From Candidatus Eiseniibacteriota bacterium (GTDB lineage: Bacteria; ARS69), in the NCBI GenBank assembly GCA_052390515.1, contig JBQTGV010000005.1, forward strand, positions 1 through 64,000: a DNA stretch of 64,000 nucleotides. Reading direction: 5' to 3'. The position numbers and the translations under genes are program-made. Positions 19,859 through 30,312 of this stretch are shown in pieces. Below the pieces are notes generated by a model. It searched no databases. It saw nothing but the letters and a program-made list of their open reading frames with translations, and was not told the origin of the DNA. Numbering within the stretch: position 1 is the stretch's first letter; every line of letters begins with the position of its first letter.

Positions 19859-22800
19859 CTACAGCGCCGCCACCGCCCGGTCCCGCTCGAGCATGAGGAC
19901 GCCGACGTCGGGATCCACGAGAATCCTCTCCGGCTCGAAGTCGCAGGGGATGGTGACCTCCGCGGTTTCGCCCGCGCCGAGCGTGATGGAGACGCGCGCC
20001 TCGCTCCAGGCCTTCGCCCCCTCCTCCTCGGCGTAGCGCTCCCCAGCCACCGCCGCCACCTCCACCGGCATGCGCCCGGTGCCCGCGTTGCGGACCGTGG
20101 CCGTCACCGTCCAGCCGCCTTCGCCCGCCGCCTTCGCCGCCCCCTCTACCCGATACTCGGGAACGATCACGTCGAAGAACCACTGGTTCACGAACTCGTC
20201 GAACGCCGTCGAGTCCGGCGCGTGCGCGCGCAGAACGCGGACGTAGTCCTGCAGCACCGGGAAGTCGGGTCCGCCGGCATACTCGCGGAGGAATGCCTGG
20301 ATGCCGGCCAGCCCCGCCTCTTCTCCCATCCGGCTATGCAGCATCCAGAAGACCCAGCCGCCCTTGTCGTACATCACCGTCTCGTCCGTCGACTTCTCCC
20401 CGAGCGTCCACACCAACGGCTTCTCCGCGTCCACCTGTCGCCGCTCGCCGTAGCGCTCCTCGATTCCCTTGCAGAACTCGGCGCGCGCCCGATCGCCCTG
20501 CACCTGGCGGAACAGCAGGATCGTCGAGAAGTGCGCCATGCCCTCCGCGAGGATGTTGCCGCCCGGCCCCTCGCCGGGCATGAGGATGTTGCCCCACCAC
20601 TGGTGGGCGGCCTCGTGAGCGGTGATCAGGAAGGGCGCGTCGGATTCGTCGGTCTTGCGCGTCAGGAAGCCGATGCTCTCCGAGAACGTGATGTTCGTCG
20701 GGAATCCCTGCGCGTAATGGGCGAGTCCCGGGAACTCGCTGAGCTTGAGCTCCCGCCAGGGATACGGGTAGAACCACTCCGAGTACCACTTCCGCGAGGC
20801 CTCGAGCGTCCTGCCCATGTCCTCGATGTTCACCGCGTGCTCGGGATGGTGGTAGATCGCGACGCCCTCGCCCTCCCACACATCCCACTTGCCGGCGACG
20901 ACGTTGAAGAAGTTCACCGGGAAGTCGGACTCCCACACCACGGTGCGCGTCCCGTTCTCGACCGTCTCCGCGGTGCGGATCCCGACACCGTGGTACCGGT
21001 ACTCCTCCGGCCCGTGGATCGTCGTCCGGACCGGAAAGCGCACGCCGCTCCCGATCGCCGGCGGGGTGCGCCCCTCGTAGAAGCCCTCCTCCCATTCGCT
21101 CGGCTCGGTTCGGTTGTCCTCGTCGATCCCGCGGTCGGGCTCGAAGAACGGCACGGGCAGGAAGCCGCTGTTGAACGACGTCAGCACGACGCCGGCGGGC
21201 AGGACGAAGTTCGGAGCACCCCCGCCGTTCTTGGTGATTCCGCGCGGGAACCGCCCCTCGTGGGCGAAGCCGACGCGCACCGTGTCCCCCGGCGCGATCG
21301 GCTCGGCCGGCTCGAACACGAAGAGCCGCGCGCGCTCCTCCGGCTCGACCGGCTCTCCGTCCACGGTCCACTCGATGTTCTCGAAGTGGTCGCCGACGGA
21401 CATGGGGAAGCGGCTCATCGGCTCGCTCTCGGCGTTCACCAAGTCGTACCATCCGCGGACGCGGAAGTGGCGGTTCGCCGGGTCGAGTGTCAGGTCTACG
21501 TCGGCACCGCCGATCTGCGGCGTGCGCCGCTCCTTCCACGTGTTCACGTTGCGTCCCCAGTAGTCCTGCTCGCGCTTCTCCGCTGTCTTGCCCTGCCAGC
21601 CCCGCCCGACCTGCACGTGCAGCAGGACTCCGAGCACGATCACGGGGACGAGAACCGGCGCCATCCTCCACAGGGTGCGCAGCATCGCGACGGGGCGAAG
21701 TCGATCCAGCGCGTTGCCGGAGTCGTGCTCGCGGCGCGGAAACACGCGGACGGTGAGCGCCACCAGGAACACCATCACCGCGAGATAGAAGGCGCGGTTC
21801 ATGAGCAGCGCGCTCTCGTTCGGCGTCACGCCGCCGAAATCGCTCCAGGTCAGCACTCCCCACAGGTCCCAGTTGCCGAGCCAGTTCATCTCGCCCTTCA
21901 GCTGCTTCCACCCCGTGAACATCAGGGTGGCGAGCGCGATTCCGTACGTCGTGTAACGGTCGCCGGTGAGCGCCACGAGCGCGGTCACGTAGGACGACCA
22001 CACCAGGAGCGTCGGAACGAGGAGCAGCCCCCAGACCAGGAGGAACGGTCCGAAGTCGAAGCCGACCCGGTTGCCCTGGAACAGCATGACGACGAACGAC
22101 CCGAACATGGCCGCGAGCAGGATCACGACGCCCACGACCCCGTTCGCAAGGGACTTGCCGAGCAGCATCGCCGCGGTGCGCGACGGCGTCGCGTAGGATA
22201 CGGGCGCGAGCCCCGTGGTCTTGTCCCGCAGGACCGACTCCGCGGTGTAGACCATCAGCAGCGCGCACAGCATCAGCGTGAGGGCGTTCATGGAGGCGAC
22301 CGCGGCGATGCCGGACGTCAGCAGCACGGGCGTATCGAACGCACCGACGTCGAACGCCCGGTTCAGCACGACCTGCAGGATGATGATGGGCACGAACAGG
22401 TAGAGCCCGGCCTGCCCGGCGAGGTTCTTGGCCTCGAACCCGGCGACGTCGAGCGTCGTGCGCACGAATCCCGGCGTCCGCGCGGTCATGCCCAGTCCCG
22501 CGATCGGCGCGGGTGTGGACGTCGGCTCGACGGCGGGCGCCGCGGCCTTCGCCTTGCGTCGCGCCACCCGATCCCCGCGCAGCGTCGCGGCGAAGTGCCG
22601 GGCCGACGCGCCGACCAGCGCGACGCCGAGGAGCAGATACGCGAGGCGGCTGGCGAGGAACGGCCAGTCGTATCCGACGGGGGTGCTGTTGTAGTACTCC
22701 ACGCCCCGGTCGACCTTGATCCAGGTCTCGTTGATCCAGCGGTATCCCGACGGCTCGATCCACATGAGCAGCCGGTTGATCCGTGGATCCAGCCACGAGG

Positions 22801-23428
22801 GAGACCACTCGAACAGGAAGAAGATCGTCACCAGGAACGCGACGACCGGCGCGACGAACACCAGGATGGGCTTGCGGGTGAGCTCGCCGATGGCGAAGGA
22901 CATCCCGCAGAAGAACAGGAGGCACGGAACGGTGAGGAACAGGGCGGGCCGCAGGTAGTTCGCCGCGACGAACGGCCCGCGGATCTGCTCCGCCTCCTCG
23001 TGGGGCCACAGGTGGTTGAAGAACATCTGGAGCAGCAGGTGCGCCCCGAGCACCGCGAGGAACACGAGAAGCACCGCCCCGAACTTGCCCCACACGTACT
23101 CCGCGGGAGTCAGCCGCGTGGCGTGCAGCAGCGGACCCACGCGGAGCTCGTCGTCGCGCGGCAGGGCCATCCCGGCCAGCACCGCGACGAAGAACACGTA
23201 GAAGAGGAACGCGACGAGCGGGAACATCAACCCGACGGTGAACTCGGAGGTGATCCACAGCTTGGAGTCCCCGCCGACGGTGTTGTCTCCGGAGGCGATC
23301 GCCATCTGCCCGGTGGACAGCCCGAAGCTGGTCAGCGCGAGCATCAGCAGCAGGAACCACAGCGGCGGCCGCGAGACGTACGAGCGCAGGTCGACCCCGA
23401 GGACCGCGCCGGTCCTGGCGAGATTCAC
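19859..23428 (-). CDS. ABC-2 type permease (two membrane domains) fused to M1 family aminopeptidase
   Basis: Two blocks of about 6 TM; C-terminal HEAAHQWWG...LAEGMA, YDKG, FVNQWF; YAQGFP in place of GAMEN. Confidence 0.88.
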   Translation of the reverse strand: MNLARTGAVLGVDLRSYVSRPPLWFLLLMLALTSFGLSTGQMAIASGDNTVGGDSKLWITSEFTVGLMFPLVAFLFYVFFVAVLAGMALPRDDELRVGPLLHATRLTPAEYVWGKFGAVLLVFLAVLGAHLLLQMFFNHLWPHEEAEQIRGPFVAANYLRPALFLTVPCLLFFCGMSFAIGELTRKPILVFVAPVVAFLVTIFFLFEWSPSWLDPRINRLLMWIEPSGYRWINETWIKVDRGVEYYNSTPVGYDWPFLASRLAYLLLGVALVGASARHFAATLRGDRVARRKAKAAAPAVEPTSTPAPIAGLGMTARTPGFVRTTLDVAGFEAKNLAGQAGLYLFVPIIILQVVLNRAFDVGAFDTPVLLTSGIAAVASMNALTLMLCALLMVYTAESVLRDKTTGLAPVSYATPSRTAAMLLGKSLANGVVGVVILLAAMFGSFVVMLFQGNRVGFDFGPFLLVWGLLLVPTLLVWSSYVTALVALTGDRYTTYGIALATLMFTGWKQLKGEMNWLGNWDLWGVLTWSDFGGVTPNESALLMNRAFYLAVMVFLVALTVRVFPRREHDSGNALDRLRPVAMLRTLWRMAPVLVPVIVLGVLLHVQVGRGWQGKTAEKREQDYWGRNVNTWKERRTPQIGGADVDLTLDPANRHFRVRGWYDLVNAESEPMSRFPMSVGDHFENIEWTVDGEPVEPEERARLFVFEPAEPIAPGDTVRVGFAHEGRFPRGITKNGGGAPNFVLPAGVVLTSFNSGFLPVPFFEPDRGIDEDNRTEPSEWEEGFYEGRTPPAIGSGVRFPVRTTIHGPEEYRYHGVGIRTAETVENGTRTVVWESDFPVNFFNVVAGKWDVWEGEGVAIYHHPEHAVNIEDMGRTLEASRKWYSEWFYPYPWRELKLSEFPGLAHYAQGFPTNITFSESIGFLTRKTDESDAPFLITAHEAAHQWWGNILMPGEGPGGNILAEGMAHFSTILLFRQVQGDRARAEFCKGIEERYGERRQVDAEKPLVWTLGEKSTDETVMYDKGGWVFWMLHSRMGEEAGLAGIQAFLREYAGGPDFPVLQDYVRVLRAHAPDSTAFDEFVNQWFFDVIVPEYRVEGAAKAAGEGGWTVTATVRNAGTGRMPVEVAAVAGERYAEEEGAKAWSEARVSITLGAGETAEVTIPCDFEPERILVDPDVGVLMLERDRAVAAL

Positions 23429-24360
23429 GACGCCGCCTCGACGCGCGCCGCCGGCGCCGGGACCGCGGCGGCCGCGGGGGACGCTCCGGAAGGCGTCGGG
23501 CCGACGAGCGTCATGTACGCGTCCTCCAGAGACGCCTCCACCGGGGCGAATCCCGGCGGCGGCGAGCCCTCCGGGGCCCAGACGCGCACGCGGTTCCTTC
23601 CCTCCACGAGGACCGCCTGCGTCACGCGGTACCTTCGCTTGAGCGCGGCCAGCTCCTCATCCGATCCGGCGCCCTCGAAGATCCGGCCGGCCAGCCTTCG
23701 CCGCGCCTCCTCCGGCGTCGTGTCGGCCACCAGCCGTCCTCCGGAGATCACGGCGAAGCGCGAGCACAGCACGGCGACGTCCTCCACGATGTGCGTGGAC
23801 AGGAGCACCGTCCGGTCGCGGGCGAGCTCGGCGAGGATGCGGTAGAAGCGATGCCTCTCCTCCGGGTCGAGACCCGCCGTCGGCTCGTCCACGATGAGGA
23901 TGCGCGGGTTGCCGGCGATGGCCTGCGCGATTCCCAGACGCTGTCGCATGCCGCCGGAGTAGCCCTTGACCTTCTGCTTCGCGGCGAAGGACAGGTTGAC
24001 GCGCTCCAGCAGCTCCGCGACGAGCTTTTTCGTGCCGCCGGGCGCTTCCACGCCCTTCAGCCGGAGCAGGTACATCAGCATCCGCTCCCCGCTCAGGCCG
24101 GGATAGAAGCCGAAATCCTGCGGCAGGTAGCCGAGCACTCCGCGAATGGCGGCGGGGTCCCGCAGCACGTCCTTGCCGTCGAAGGCGACCGAGCCGGAGC
24201 TCGGTTCGAGCAGCCCGGCGACGATCTTCATGAGGGTCGACTTCCCGGCACCGTTGGGGCCGAGCAGGCCGAACATGCCCGGCGCCACGTCGAGATCGAC
24301 GCCCTGGAGCGCCGTCACCGGTCCGGGATAGACCTTCACCAGCTTGCGCACGCTCAGCAT
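23425..24360 (-). CDS. ABC transporter ATP-binding protein
   Basis: GPNGAGKST, YSGGMRQR, IVDEPTAGLD, STH. Confidence 0.95.
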   Translation of the reverse strand: MLSVRKLVKVYPGPVTALQGVDLDVAPGMFGLLGPNGAGKSTLMKIVAGLLEPSSGSVAFDGKDVLRDPAAIRGVLGYLPQDFGFYPGLSGERMLMYLLRLKGVEAPGGTKKLVAELLERVNLSFAAKQKVKGYSGGMRQRLGIAQAIAGNPRILIVDEPTAGLDPEERHRFYRILAELARDRTVLLSTHIVEDVAVLCSRFAVISGGRLVADTTPEEARRRLAGRIFEGAGSDEELAALKRRYRVTQAVLVEGRNRVRVWAPEGSPPPGFAPVEASLEDAYMTLVGPTPSGASPAAAAVPAPAARVEAAS

Positions 24361-24405
24361 GCGGACCTCCGGGGATCGGGAAGGGTGGCTGCGGGCACGA
24401 CGGGA

Positions 24406-25134
24406 TTACGATCCGGACACGACGCGGGTTCCTTCGGGAGGGGCGTCGTCGCGGAAGGCTGCGGCGGCGAGCTGCCCCATGTTCCGATCGACCATGGCGT
24501 GTACGAGGATCGGCACCCACAGGGAGCCCGAGAGCAAGAAGAGGCCGCAGAGGACGGCTCCCATTGCTGTCGCGCGGAGCGCCACCGAAGGGCCTCCGTA
24601 GAGGTGCACGGCTCCGAAGGCCAGCGTCGAGAGGACGGCCGCGGCCGGCGTACCGGCCACCGGGGCCAGCCAGGCGATCAGCCACCCGCGGTACAGCAGC
24701 TCCTCGCAGATCCCGGCGGTGATCGAGACCAGGGCGAACTCCCGCTCCTCCCCGGTAGTCCGGGGGAGAAAGACGAGGGGACCGCCGAGGCTGGTCTTGA
24801 GCTCGCGGCGATCGTCTTCGCTTCGCTGCACGGAGCGCAGCTGCAGGGCGAGGGCGGCGGTGCCGAGCAGCGCGAGCACGAGCGCGATCCAGAATCCTGC
24901 TCCGGAGGGAGCACGGAAGCCGAGCTGGGCGAAGGTCCGCCCGCCGGCGAGCCAGACCGCGACCCCCGCGGCCGCGAGCCCCCACTCCCACAGCATCGTC
25001 TCGCGGTAGGCGTCGATGCGGGCGCGCGGTCGGAACTCCGCGATGCCGCGCATCGTCCGCGGGTACGTCCGCGCCGCGTACAACGGGTAGGCCACCGCGA
25101 ACACGATCACAAAGAGCACATCGAGGACCGTCAT
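24406..25134 (-). CDS. CPBP (Abi/CAAX) intramembrane glutamic protease
   Basis: EELLYRG, FGAVHLY, ILVHAMVD motifs; ATG 25134. Confidence 0.9.
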   Translation of the reverse strand: MTVLDVLFVIVFAVAYPLYAARTYPRTMRGIAEFRPRARIDAYRETMLWEWGLAAAGVAVWLAGGRTFAQLGFRAPSGAGFWIALVLALLGTAALALQLRSVQRSEDDRRELKTSLGGPLVFLPRTTGEEREFALVSITAGICEELLYRGWLIAWLAPVAGTPAAAVLSTLAFGAVHLYGGPSVALRATAMGAVLCGLFLLSGSLWVPILVHAMVDRNMGQLAAAAFRDDAPPEGTRVVSGS

Positions 25135-25188
25135 GGGATACTCTCCGCCGATGTCGCGCCAGTATGCGGCGCGGCCCGTGAGGAGTCC

Positions 25189-26391
25189 ATGGAGACGCTC
25201 GATCTGGCCGCCGTCCGCCGGCTGGCGCTGGCACGGGCCGGGTTGATGAAGCCCGCGTGGACGGGGCTGCCGGAGCGCGCGGGCGGCCGCGGAGCGCGCG
25301 CCCGACGTGCGGCGCACGAGATCATCCGGCGCTTCGGCTACCTGCAGCTCGACACGGTCTCGGTCGCCGGAGCGCGCAGCCACTCCATCGTGCTGCACTC
25401 CCGGCTCGAAGGGCTCGACGCCGAGCTCGGGGAGGAACTGCTCCGGCCGGGCGAGCCGCTGTTCGAGTACTGGGGCCACGAGGCCTCCTGGCTGCCGATC
25501 GAGCTGTACCCGGTCTTCGCCTTCCGGCGGCGCGCCTTCCGCCAGCATCCCTGGTGGGGCGACCTCATCGGCAGCCACCCCGGCGTCGCGCGCGATCTTC
25601 GCCGGCGCATCCGCACCGAGGGGGCGCTCCGCTCCGTCGACCTCGAGGGCGAAGGCAGCCGCGGCTGGTGGGATCTCAAGGTCGCGAAGAAGGTCGCCAT
25701 CGCGCTGTGGTCCTCCGGCGAGCTCGCCATCCGAGAGCGCCGGAATTTCCAGCGCTCCTACGACCTCGCCGAGCGCGTCATTCCGGCGGAGCAGTACCGC
25801 GCTCGCCCCCTGTCGAAGTCCGCCTCGCTGGAGCGCCTGCTCCTGCTCGCTCTTGAGGGACACGGCTGGGCGCAGACCGGGACGCTCGCGCGCACCTGGC
25901 GCCTGACGAACATTGGACCGGAGATCTCCGCCGCGCTCGCACGGCTGCGGCGTGCCGGGAAGATCGTCGAGTGCGGCGTGCACGGGAGCAGCCGGCGCGC
26001 GAGCGGCTGGATCCGCCCCGAGGATCTCGAGCTCGCGGCGCGGCTGCGGGCGGTCCGGACGAGACCGGACCGGGGGGTGCTGCTTTCGCCCTTCGATCCG
26101 CTGCTGTGGGACCGCGCGCGCGTGCAGCTCCTCTTCGGCTTCGACCAGGTGCTGGAGATCTTCAAGCCGGCGCCGAAGCGCAAGTACGGCTACTACTGCA
26201 TGCCGGTCCTCGCGGGCGATCGTCTCGTGGCGCGGTTCGACCTGAAGTCGGAGCGAAAGGAAGGACGGCTGCGCATCGTGTCGGCGCGCCTGGAGGACGG
26301 CGCCACGAGCGCCGACCGGGAGGCCGCGCGCAGCTCGCTGCAGCGGTACGCCGGCGCGGTGGGTCTCGAAGCCCCGGCGTGGCGTGGCTGA
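25189..26391 (+). CDS. ycaQ: YcaQ/AlkZ-family (HTH_42) interstrand-crosslink DNA glycosylase
   Basis: LQLDTV (QxD), RSHSIVLHSR, FEYWGHEAS, LLSPFDPLLWDR, YGYY; AGGAG RBS. Confidence 0.88.
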   Translation: METLDLAAVRRLALARAGLMKPAWTGLPERAGGRGARARRAAHEIIRRFGYLQLDTVSVAGARSHSIVLHSRLEGLDAELGEELLRPGEPLFEYWGHEASWLPIELYPVFAFRRRAFRQHPWWGDLIGSHPGVARDLRRRIRTEGALRSVDLEGEGSRGWWDLKVAKKVAIALWSSGELAIRERRNFQRSYDLAERVIPAEQYRARPLSKSASLERLLLLALEGHGWAQTGTLARTWRLTNIGPEISAALARLRRAGKIVECGVHGSSRRASGWIRPEDLELAARLRAVRTRPDRGVLLSPFDPLLWDRARVQLLFGFDQVLEIFKPAPKRKYGYYCMPVLAGDRLVARFDLKSERKEGRLRIVSARLEDGATSADREAARSSLQRYAGAVGLEAPAWRG

Positions 26392-26446
26392 GCATGGCGT
26401 TCGCCGTCTTCTGCTAGAATCGGAGCGCCCCAGGAGACCATCAGGA

Positions 26447-28336
26447 ATGTCCTTCCGCGGCACGTTGTGCACCGCCGCTCTCTGGCTGAGCGCCTCGCCT
26501 GCTGGTGCGCAGATCGTCCTTCCCGGCACGCAGCCCGGCGACATCGTGAACTGGCCGCTCTGGGACTCGGCGCTCTGCGGGGTGTGCCACGGCCAGTACA
26601 CCGTGCAGGACTACGAGCCGTGGGAGACGTGGGCCGGCTCGATGATGGCGAACGCCGCTCGTGATCCGCTCTTCTGGGCGGGTGTGGATATCGCCAACCA
26701 GGACTCGCCGGGCGTCGGCGAGTGGTGCATCCGCTGCCACGCCCCGCGTGGATGGCTCGCCGGGCGAAGCTCGACTCCGGACGGAAGCGCGCTTCTCGGC
26801 TCGCCCGATTCCGCCGGCGGCGACTTCGAAGGCATCGACTGCGCGCTCTGCCACCGGCTCTACGAGGGACCGACGGGAACGCCCTTCCTGCAGAACGCGC
26901 AGTACTGGGTGGACGACGGAACTCCCTCGCAGAGCCCGCCGAATCGGGGGCCCTACACGGACGCCACGTTCGCGCCGCACGCCTGGCAGTACTCCGCCTA
27001 CCATCGCTCCTCGGCGCTCTGCGGCGTGTGCCACAACGTGCGCAACCCGCTCGTGAACCTGCGCGACGCCTCCGGCGCGGACACGGGGTTGCCCTTTCCG
27101 GAGCAGACCACCTACGACGAGTGGGCGCAGAGCGCGTTCCCGGGTGACGGCGTCGAGTGCCAGACTTGCCACATGCCCGCGGTGGCGGGGTGGGCCTGCA
27201 GCGACCAGTACCCGCTCCGTCCGGAGGTGCCCAAGCACGAACTGATCGGGGCGAACGTGTGGATGTCGACCGTATTGAAGGGACTGTACGGCGCGTCGCT
27301 CTCGCGCGAGGCGCACTTCGACCGCGCCATCAACCTGGCTCTGGACAACTTGCAGAACCGCTCCGCCGCGCTCTCCCTCGACGCGCCGCTGCGCGCGGCA
27401 GCGGGAGGCGTCGCGCGCTTGCGGGTCCGCGTGACGAACCTGACCGGCCACAAGCTCCCCACCGGATACCCCGAGGGCCGCCAGATGTGGCTGCACGTGC
27501 GCGTGGAGGACGCGGTCGGCCAGCTCGTCTACGAGTCGGGGGCCTACGACTCGACCACGGCGGCGCTGATCGAGGACGCGGACATCCGCGTGTACGAGGC
27601 GGTGCACGGCGTGCACGGCGAAGGTGCCGGCTTCCATCTCGTGCGCAACGACCGCATCCTGAAGGACAACCGCATCCCGCCGGCGGGCTTCGTCCCGGAC
27701 GCGTCCACGATGCCGGTCGGCGCCACATTCGAGACACTCCCCGACGGTACGCTGGCCAACTGGGACTTCGCCGCGTACTCCGCGCCGATCCCGCCCGCGG
27801 CGTACAGCCCGCTCCGCGTGACTGCATCGCTCTGGTACCAGACCGCGTCCCGCGAGTACATCGAGTTCCTGCGCGACGAGAACGTCTCCGGACCCGACCC
27901 CCTGGATCCCGATCCGATGGCGCCGAGCCGCGGAGAGAAGATGTGGAGTCACTGGAACAACTACGGCAAGTCGGCGCCCGTGCTCATGGCCCAGGCCGCG
28001 CGTACCGTCCGCCTCGACCTTGCGCTGCCGGTGACGGCGCCGGCGCCGCCGCCCCACGTCCCCCGCATCGTCTCCGTCGGAACGAATCCCTTCCGTGACC
28101 GCACCGAGATCACGTTCCTCGTCCCGCCAGCGTCCGGCGCGGTTCTCCTCGTGTTCGACGTGGCCGGCCGGCGGATCCGCACGCTGGCCGACGAGCCGCT
28201 CGCTCCGGGCCGCCACTCCCGTATCTGGGACGGCCGTACCGACGCCGGGACCATGGCTGCCAGCGGCTCGTACTTCGTTCGACTGGATGTCGCCGGGCAC
28301 TCGCCGGTGGTCGAGCGGGTCCTGCTGCTCCGTTAG
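26447..28336 (+). CDS. Secreted multiheme (5 x CxxCH) cytochrome c with FlgD-Ig/T9SS-like CTD
   Basis: Signal peptide; [72 protein letters not shown]. Confidence 0.88.
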   Translation: MSFRGTLCTAALWLSASPAGAQIVLPGTQPGDIVNWPLWDSALCGVCHGQYTVQDYEPWETWAGSMMANAARDPLFWAGVDIANQDSPGVGEWCIRCHAPRGWLAGRSSTPDGSALLGSPDSAGGDFEGIDCALCHRLYEGPTGTPFLQNAQYWVDDGTPSQSPPNRGPYTDATFAPHAWQYSAYHRSSALCGVCHNVRNPLVNLRDASGADTGLPFPEQTTYDEWAQSAFPGDGVECQTCHMPAVAGWACSDQYPLRPEVPKHELIGANVWMSTVLKGLYGASLSREAHFDRAINLALDNLQNRSAALSLDAPLRAAAGGVARLRVRVTNLTGHKLPTGYPEGRQMWLHVRVEDAVGQLVYESGAYDSTTAALIEDADIRVYEAVHGVHGEGAGFHLVRNDRILKDNRIPPAGFVPDASTMPVGATFETLPDGTLANWDFAAYSAPIPPAAYSPLRVTASLWYQTASREYIEFLRDENVSGPDPLDPDPMAPSRGEKMWSHWNNYGKSAPVLMAQAARTVRLDLALPVTAPAPPPHVPRIVSVGTNPFRDRTEITFLVPPASGAVLLVFDVAGRRIRTLADEPLAPGRHSRIWDGRTDAGTMAASGSYFVRLDVAGHSPVVERVLLLR

Positions 28337-28785
28337 CTCAGCGCCGAGGTGCAGTTCGGACAGCGCGTCGCCTTGAGGGGAATGGCGCTGAAGCAGAACG
28401 TGCAGTCCTTCGTGGACGGTGCGGCCGCCGGCGCCTCCTGCTCCCGCTTCAGCGTGTTCATCGCCTTGATCACCAGGAAGAGAGCGAACGCGACGATGAC
28501 GAAGCTGACCAGCGTGTTGAAGAACGCCCCGTAGTTGATGGTCACGGCGCCGGCCTGCTTCGCCGCGGCCAGCGACGCGTACGGGGCCGCCGCTGCGGCG
28601 CCCGGCTTCAGCACGAGGAAGAAGTTGGAGAAGTCCACGCCGCCCAGCGCCAGCCCGATGGGCGGCATCAGCACGTCGTCGACGAAGGACTTGACGATCG
28701 TGCCGAACGCCGCGCCGATGACGATGCCGACCGCCATGTCGACGACGTTGCCGCGCATGGCGAATTCCTTGAACTCCTTGAACAT
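28333..28785 (-). CDS. mscL: Large-conductance mechanosensitive channel with C-terminal zinc ribbon
   Basis: [33 protein letters not shown]; tail CTFC..CPNC. Confidence 0.96.
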   Translation of the reverse strand: MFKEFKEFAMRGNVVDMAVGIVIGAAFGTIVKSFVDDVLMPPIGLALGGVDFSNFFLVLKPGAAAAAPYASLAAAKQAGAVTINYGAFFNTLVSFVIVAFALFLVIKAMNTLKREQEAPAAAPSTKDCTFCFSAIPLKATRCPNCTSALS

Positions 28786-28810
28786 GACTTCCTCCTGTCC
28801 GCGGGCCGAA

Positions 28811-29830
28811 CTACAGGAAACGGTACGAGAGCGCGAGCGCCAGCGTCTGCTTGAACTGGCCGCCCTTGCGGATTCCGCCGTCCACCTCGGCGATGAGCTG
28901 CGGCGCGGCGACCGACGTGTCCACGTTCGTCGCCGCGTCGAACTTGTCGTAGATCCACTGCAGGTACAGGTTCACCGAGAGCCACTCGGTGATCTTCGCG
29001 TCGAACGTGTTCTGGAAGTTCACATCCGGGATCCTCCAGAAGTCCGCCACCTCTTCCCGGCCGGGATCGGCACCGAGGGCGATGGCGTCGAAGTCCTCCA
29101 GATCCCCGGACTGGCTGTAGAAGACCGGGACGAACACGAGCAGCTGGCCCTTGTACTGGATCTTCCCGCCGGCGAGCGGGGCCTTCGCGTCGGTCTGCCA
29201 CTCGAAGCCGCCGTCGTTCGTGCTGAAGCTCTCCGTCTCGTCCCCGGTCGCGTCGGTGAACGTGCGCGCGATGTTCTGCCGGAATCCGAACCCCGCGCGG
29301 CTGATCAGCTCGGATGTCTCGGTCTTCTGGAACACGCGCGCCACGCCGCCCGTCTCCTTGAGGCGCACGGGATTGAAGAGGATCTGACCGACGGGGCTGC
29401 TCTCGTCGATGAACTGCGACTCCAGGCGAAAGCCGACGTACGGATCCACCCAGCGGTTCAGCGTGAAGCGCCCAAGGGACTCGAGCTGGATCAGGTCCGT
29501 CGTCTTGTCCGGCGCGCTCCAGCTCTTCTTGCCGGACGCGGCGTCCGTGTTCTGCTGCGCGGTCTGCCCGTACGCGAGCTGCAGGTCGTTCGCCCAGTGG
29601 AACTTCCGCGTGAGCTGGCGCTCCGCTCCCAGGTCGGACTTGAGCACCCAGGTGATCGACCCCTGATCGCCACCGGCCCAGTTGTCGCTGAAGGCGCTTT
29701 GTGAAAGGTTCAGGCCGAGCGTGGCCTCGTACTTCCACGGTCCGGGCTCCGCCGGAGCGTCGCCCTGGGCGCCGGCCAGCCGCGGCGCCGCGCACAGGAA
29801 GGCGAGGCCGACGAGGATTGCGCGCTGCAT
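28811..29830 (-). CDS. DUF3078-like outer-membrane beta-barrel protein
   Basis: Signal peptide; [42 protein letters not shown]. Confidence 0.8.
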   Translation of the reverse strand: MQRAILVGLAFLCAAPRLAGAQGDAPAEPGPWKYEATLGLNLSQSAFSDNWAGGDQGSITWVLKSDLGAERQLTRKFHWANDLQLAYGQTAQQNTDAASGKKSWSAPDKTTDLIQLESLGRFTLNRWVDPYVGFRLESQFIDESSPVGQILFNPVRLKETGGVARVFQKTETSELISRAGFGFRQNIARTFTDATGDETESFSTNDGGFEWQTDAKAPLAGGKIQYKGQLLVFVPVFYSQSGDLEDFDAIALGADPGREEVADFWRIPDVNFQNTFDAKITEWLSVNLYLQWIYDKFDAATNVDTSVAAPQLIAEVDGGIRKGGQFKQTLALALSYRFL

Positions 29831-29903
29831 CGGATCGAGACCTCCGGTGGTGATTGCGAGGGAACGACGACGGAGTTTCGCCCAGGACGCGGGCAGTGGA
29901 AAG

Positions 29904-29930
29904 TGTCGATTTCGCCGTGCCTCCGGCGTC
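29904..29930 (+). promoter_or_regulatory. ECF42-type autoregulated promoter (TGTCGA-N17-CGTC)
   Basis: TGTCGA 29904-29909 and CGTC 29927-29930, just upstream of the AGGAGG RBS of yciI; matches the ECF42 consensus as I recall it. Confidence 0.7.
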
Positions 29931-29954
29931 TCCGAGGCGAAAGGAGGGTGAGTC

Positions 29955-30311
29955 ATGCCGCGCTACATGATCCTGATGCACGAGAACGACAACGCCTGGG
30001 AAAGGTTCTCCGCCGAGGAGAAGCAACGTCTGATGGAGCGCTACTTCGCGTGGGCGGACGACCTTCGCCGAGGCGATCATCTGCGGGGGGGCGATCCCCT
30101 GGCCCGCGGCGGGCGCGTCCTGCGCGGCTCCGGCGGCGAGGTCGTGGACGGCCCGTACACGGAGACCAAGGAAGTCATCACCGGTTACTTCCTGATCGAG
30201 GCGAAGGACCTCGGCGAGGCGACGAGGCTCGCCCGCGCATGCCCGGCGCTGCAGCACGGGGAGATGGTGCTCGTCCGCGAGGTAGTCGAGCTCGAGGCCG
30301 GCAAGCACTGA
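29955..30311 (+). CDS. YciI/DGPF-domain protein
   Basis: VVDGPYTETKEVITGYFLIE motif. Confidence 0.92.
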   Translation: MPRYMILMHENDNAWERFSAEEKQRLMERYFAWADDLRRGDHLRGGDPLARGGRVLRGSGGEVVDGPYTETKEVITGYFLIEAKDLGEATRLARACPALQHGEMVLVREVVELEAGKH

Positions 30312-30312
30312 C

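Noticed and set aside
20222-23845. 1207-aa plus-strand ORF and 1008-aa alternative-frame ORF
   Set aside because: Antisense or out-of-frame shadows of the ABC-M1 gene with no recognisable motifs.
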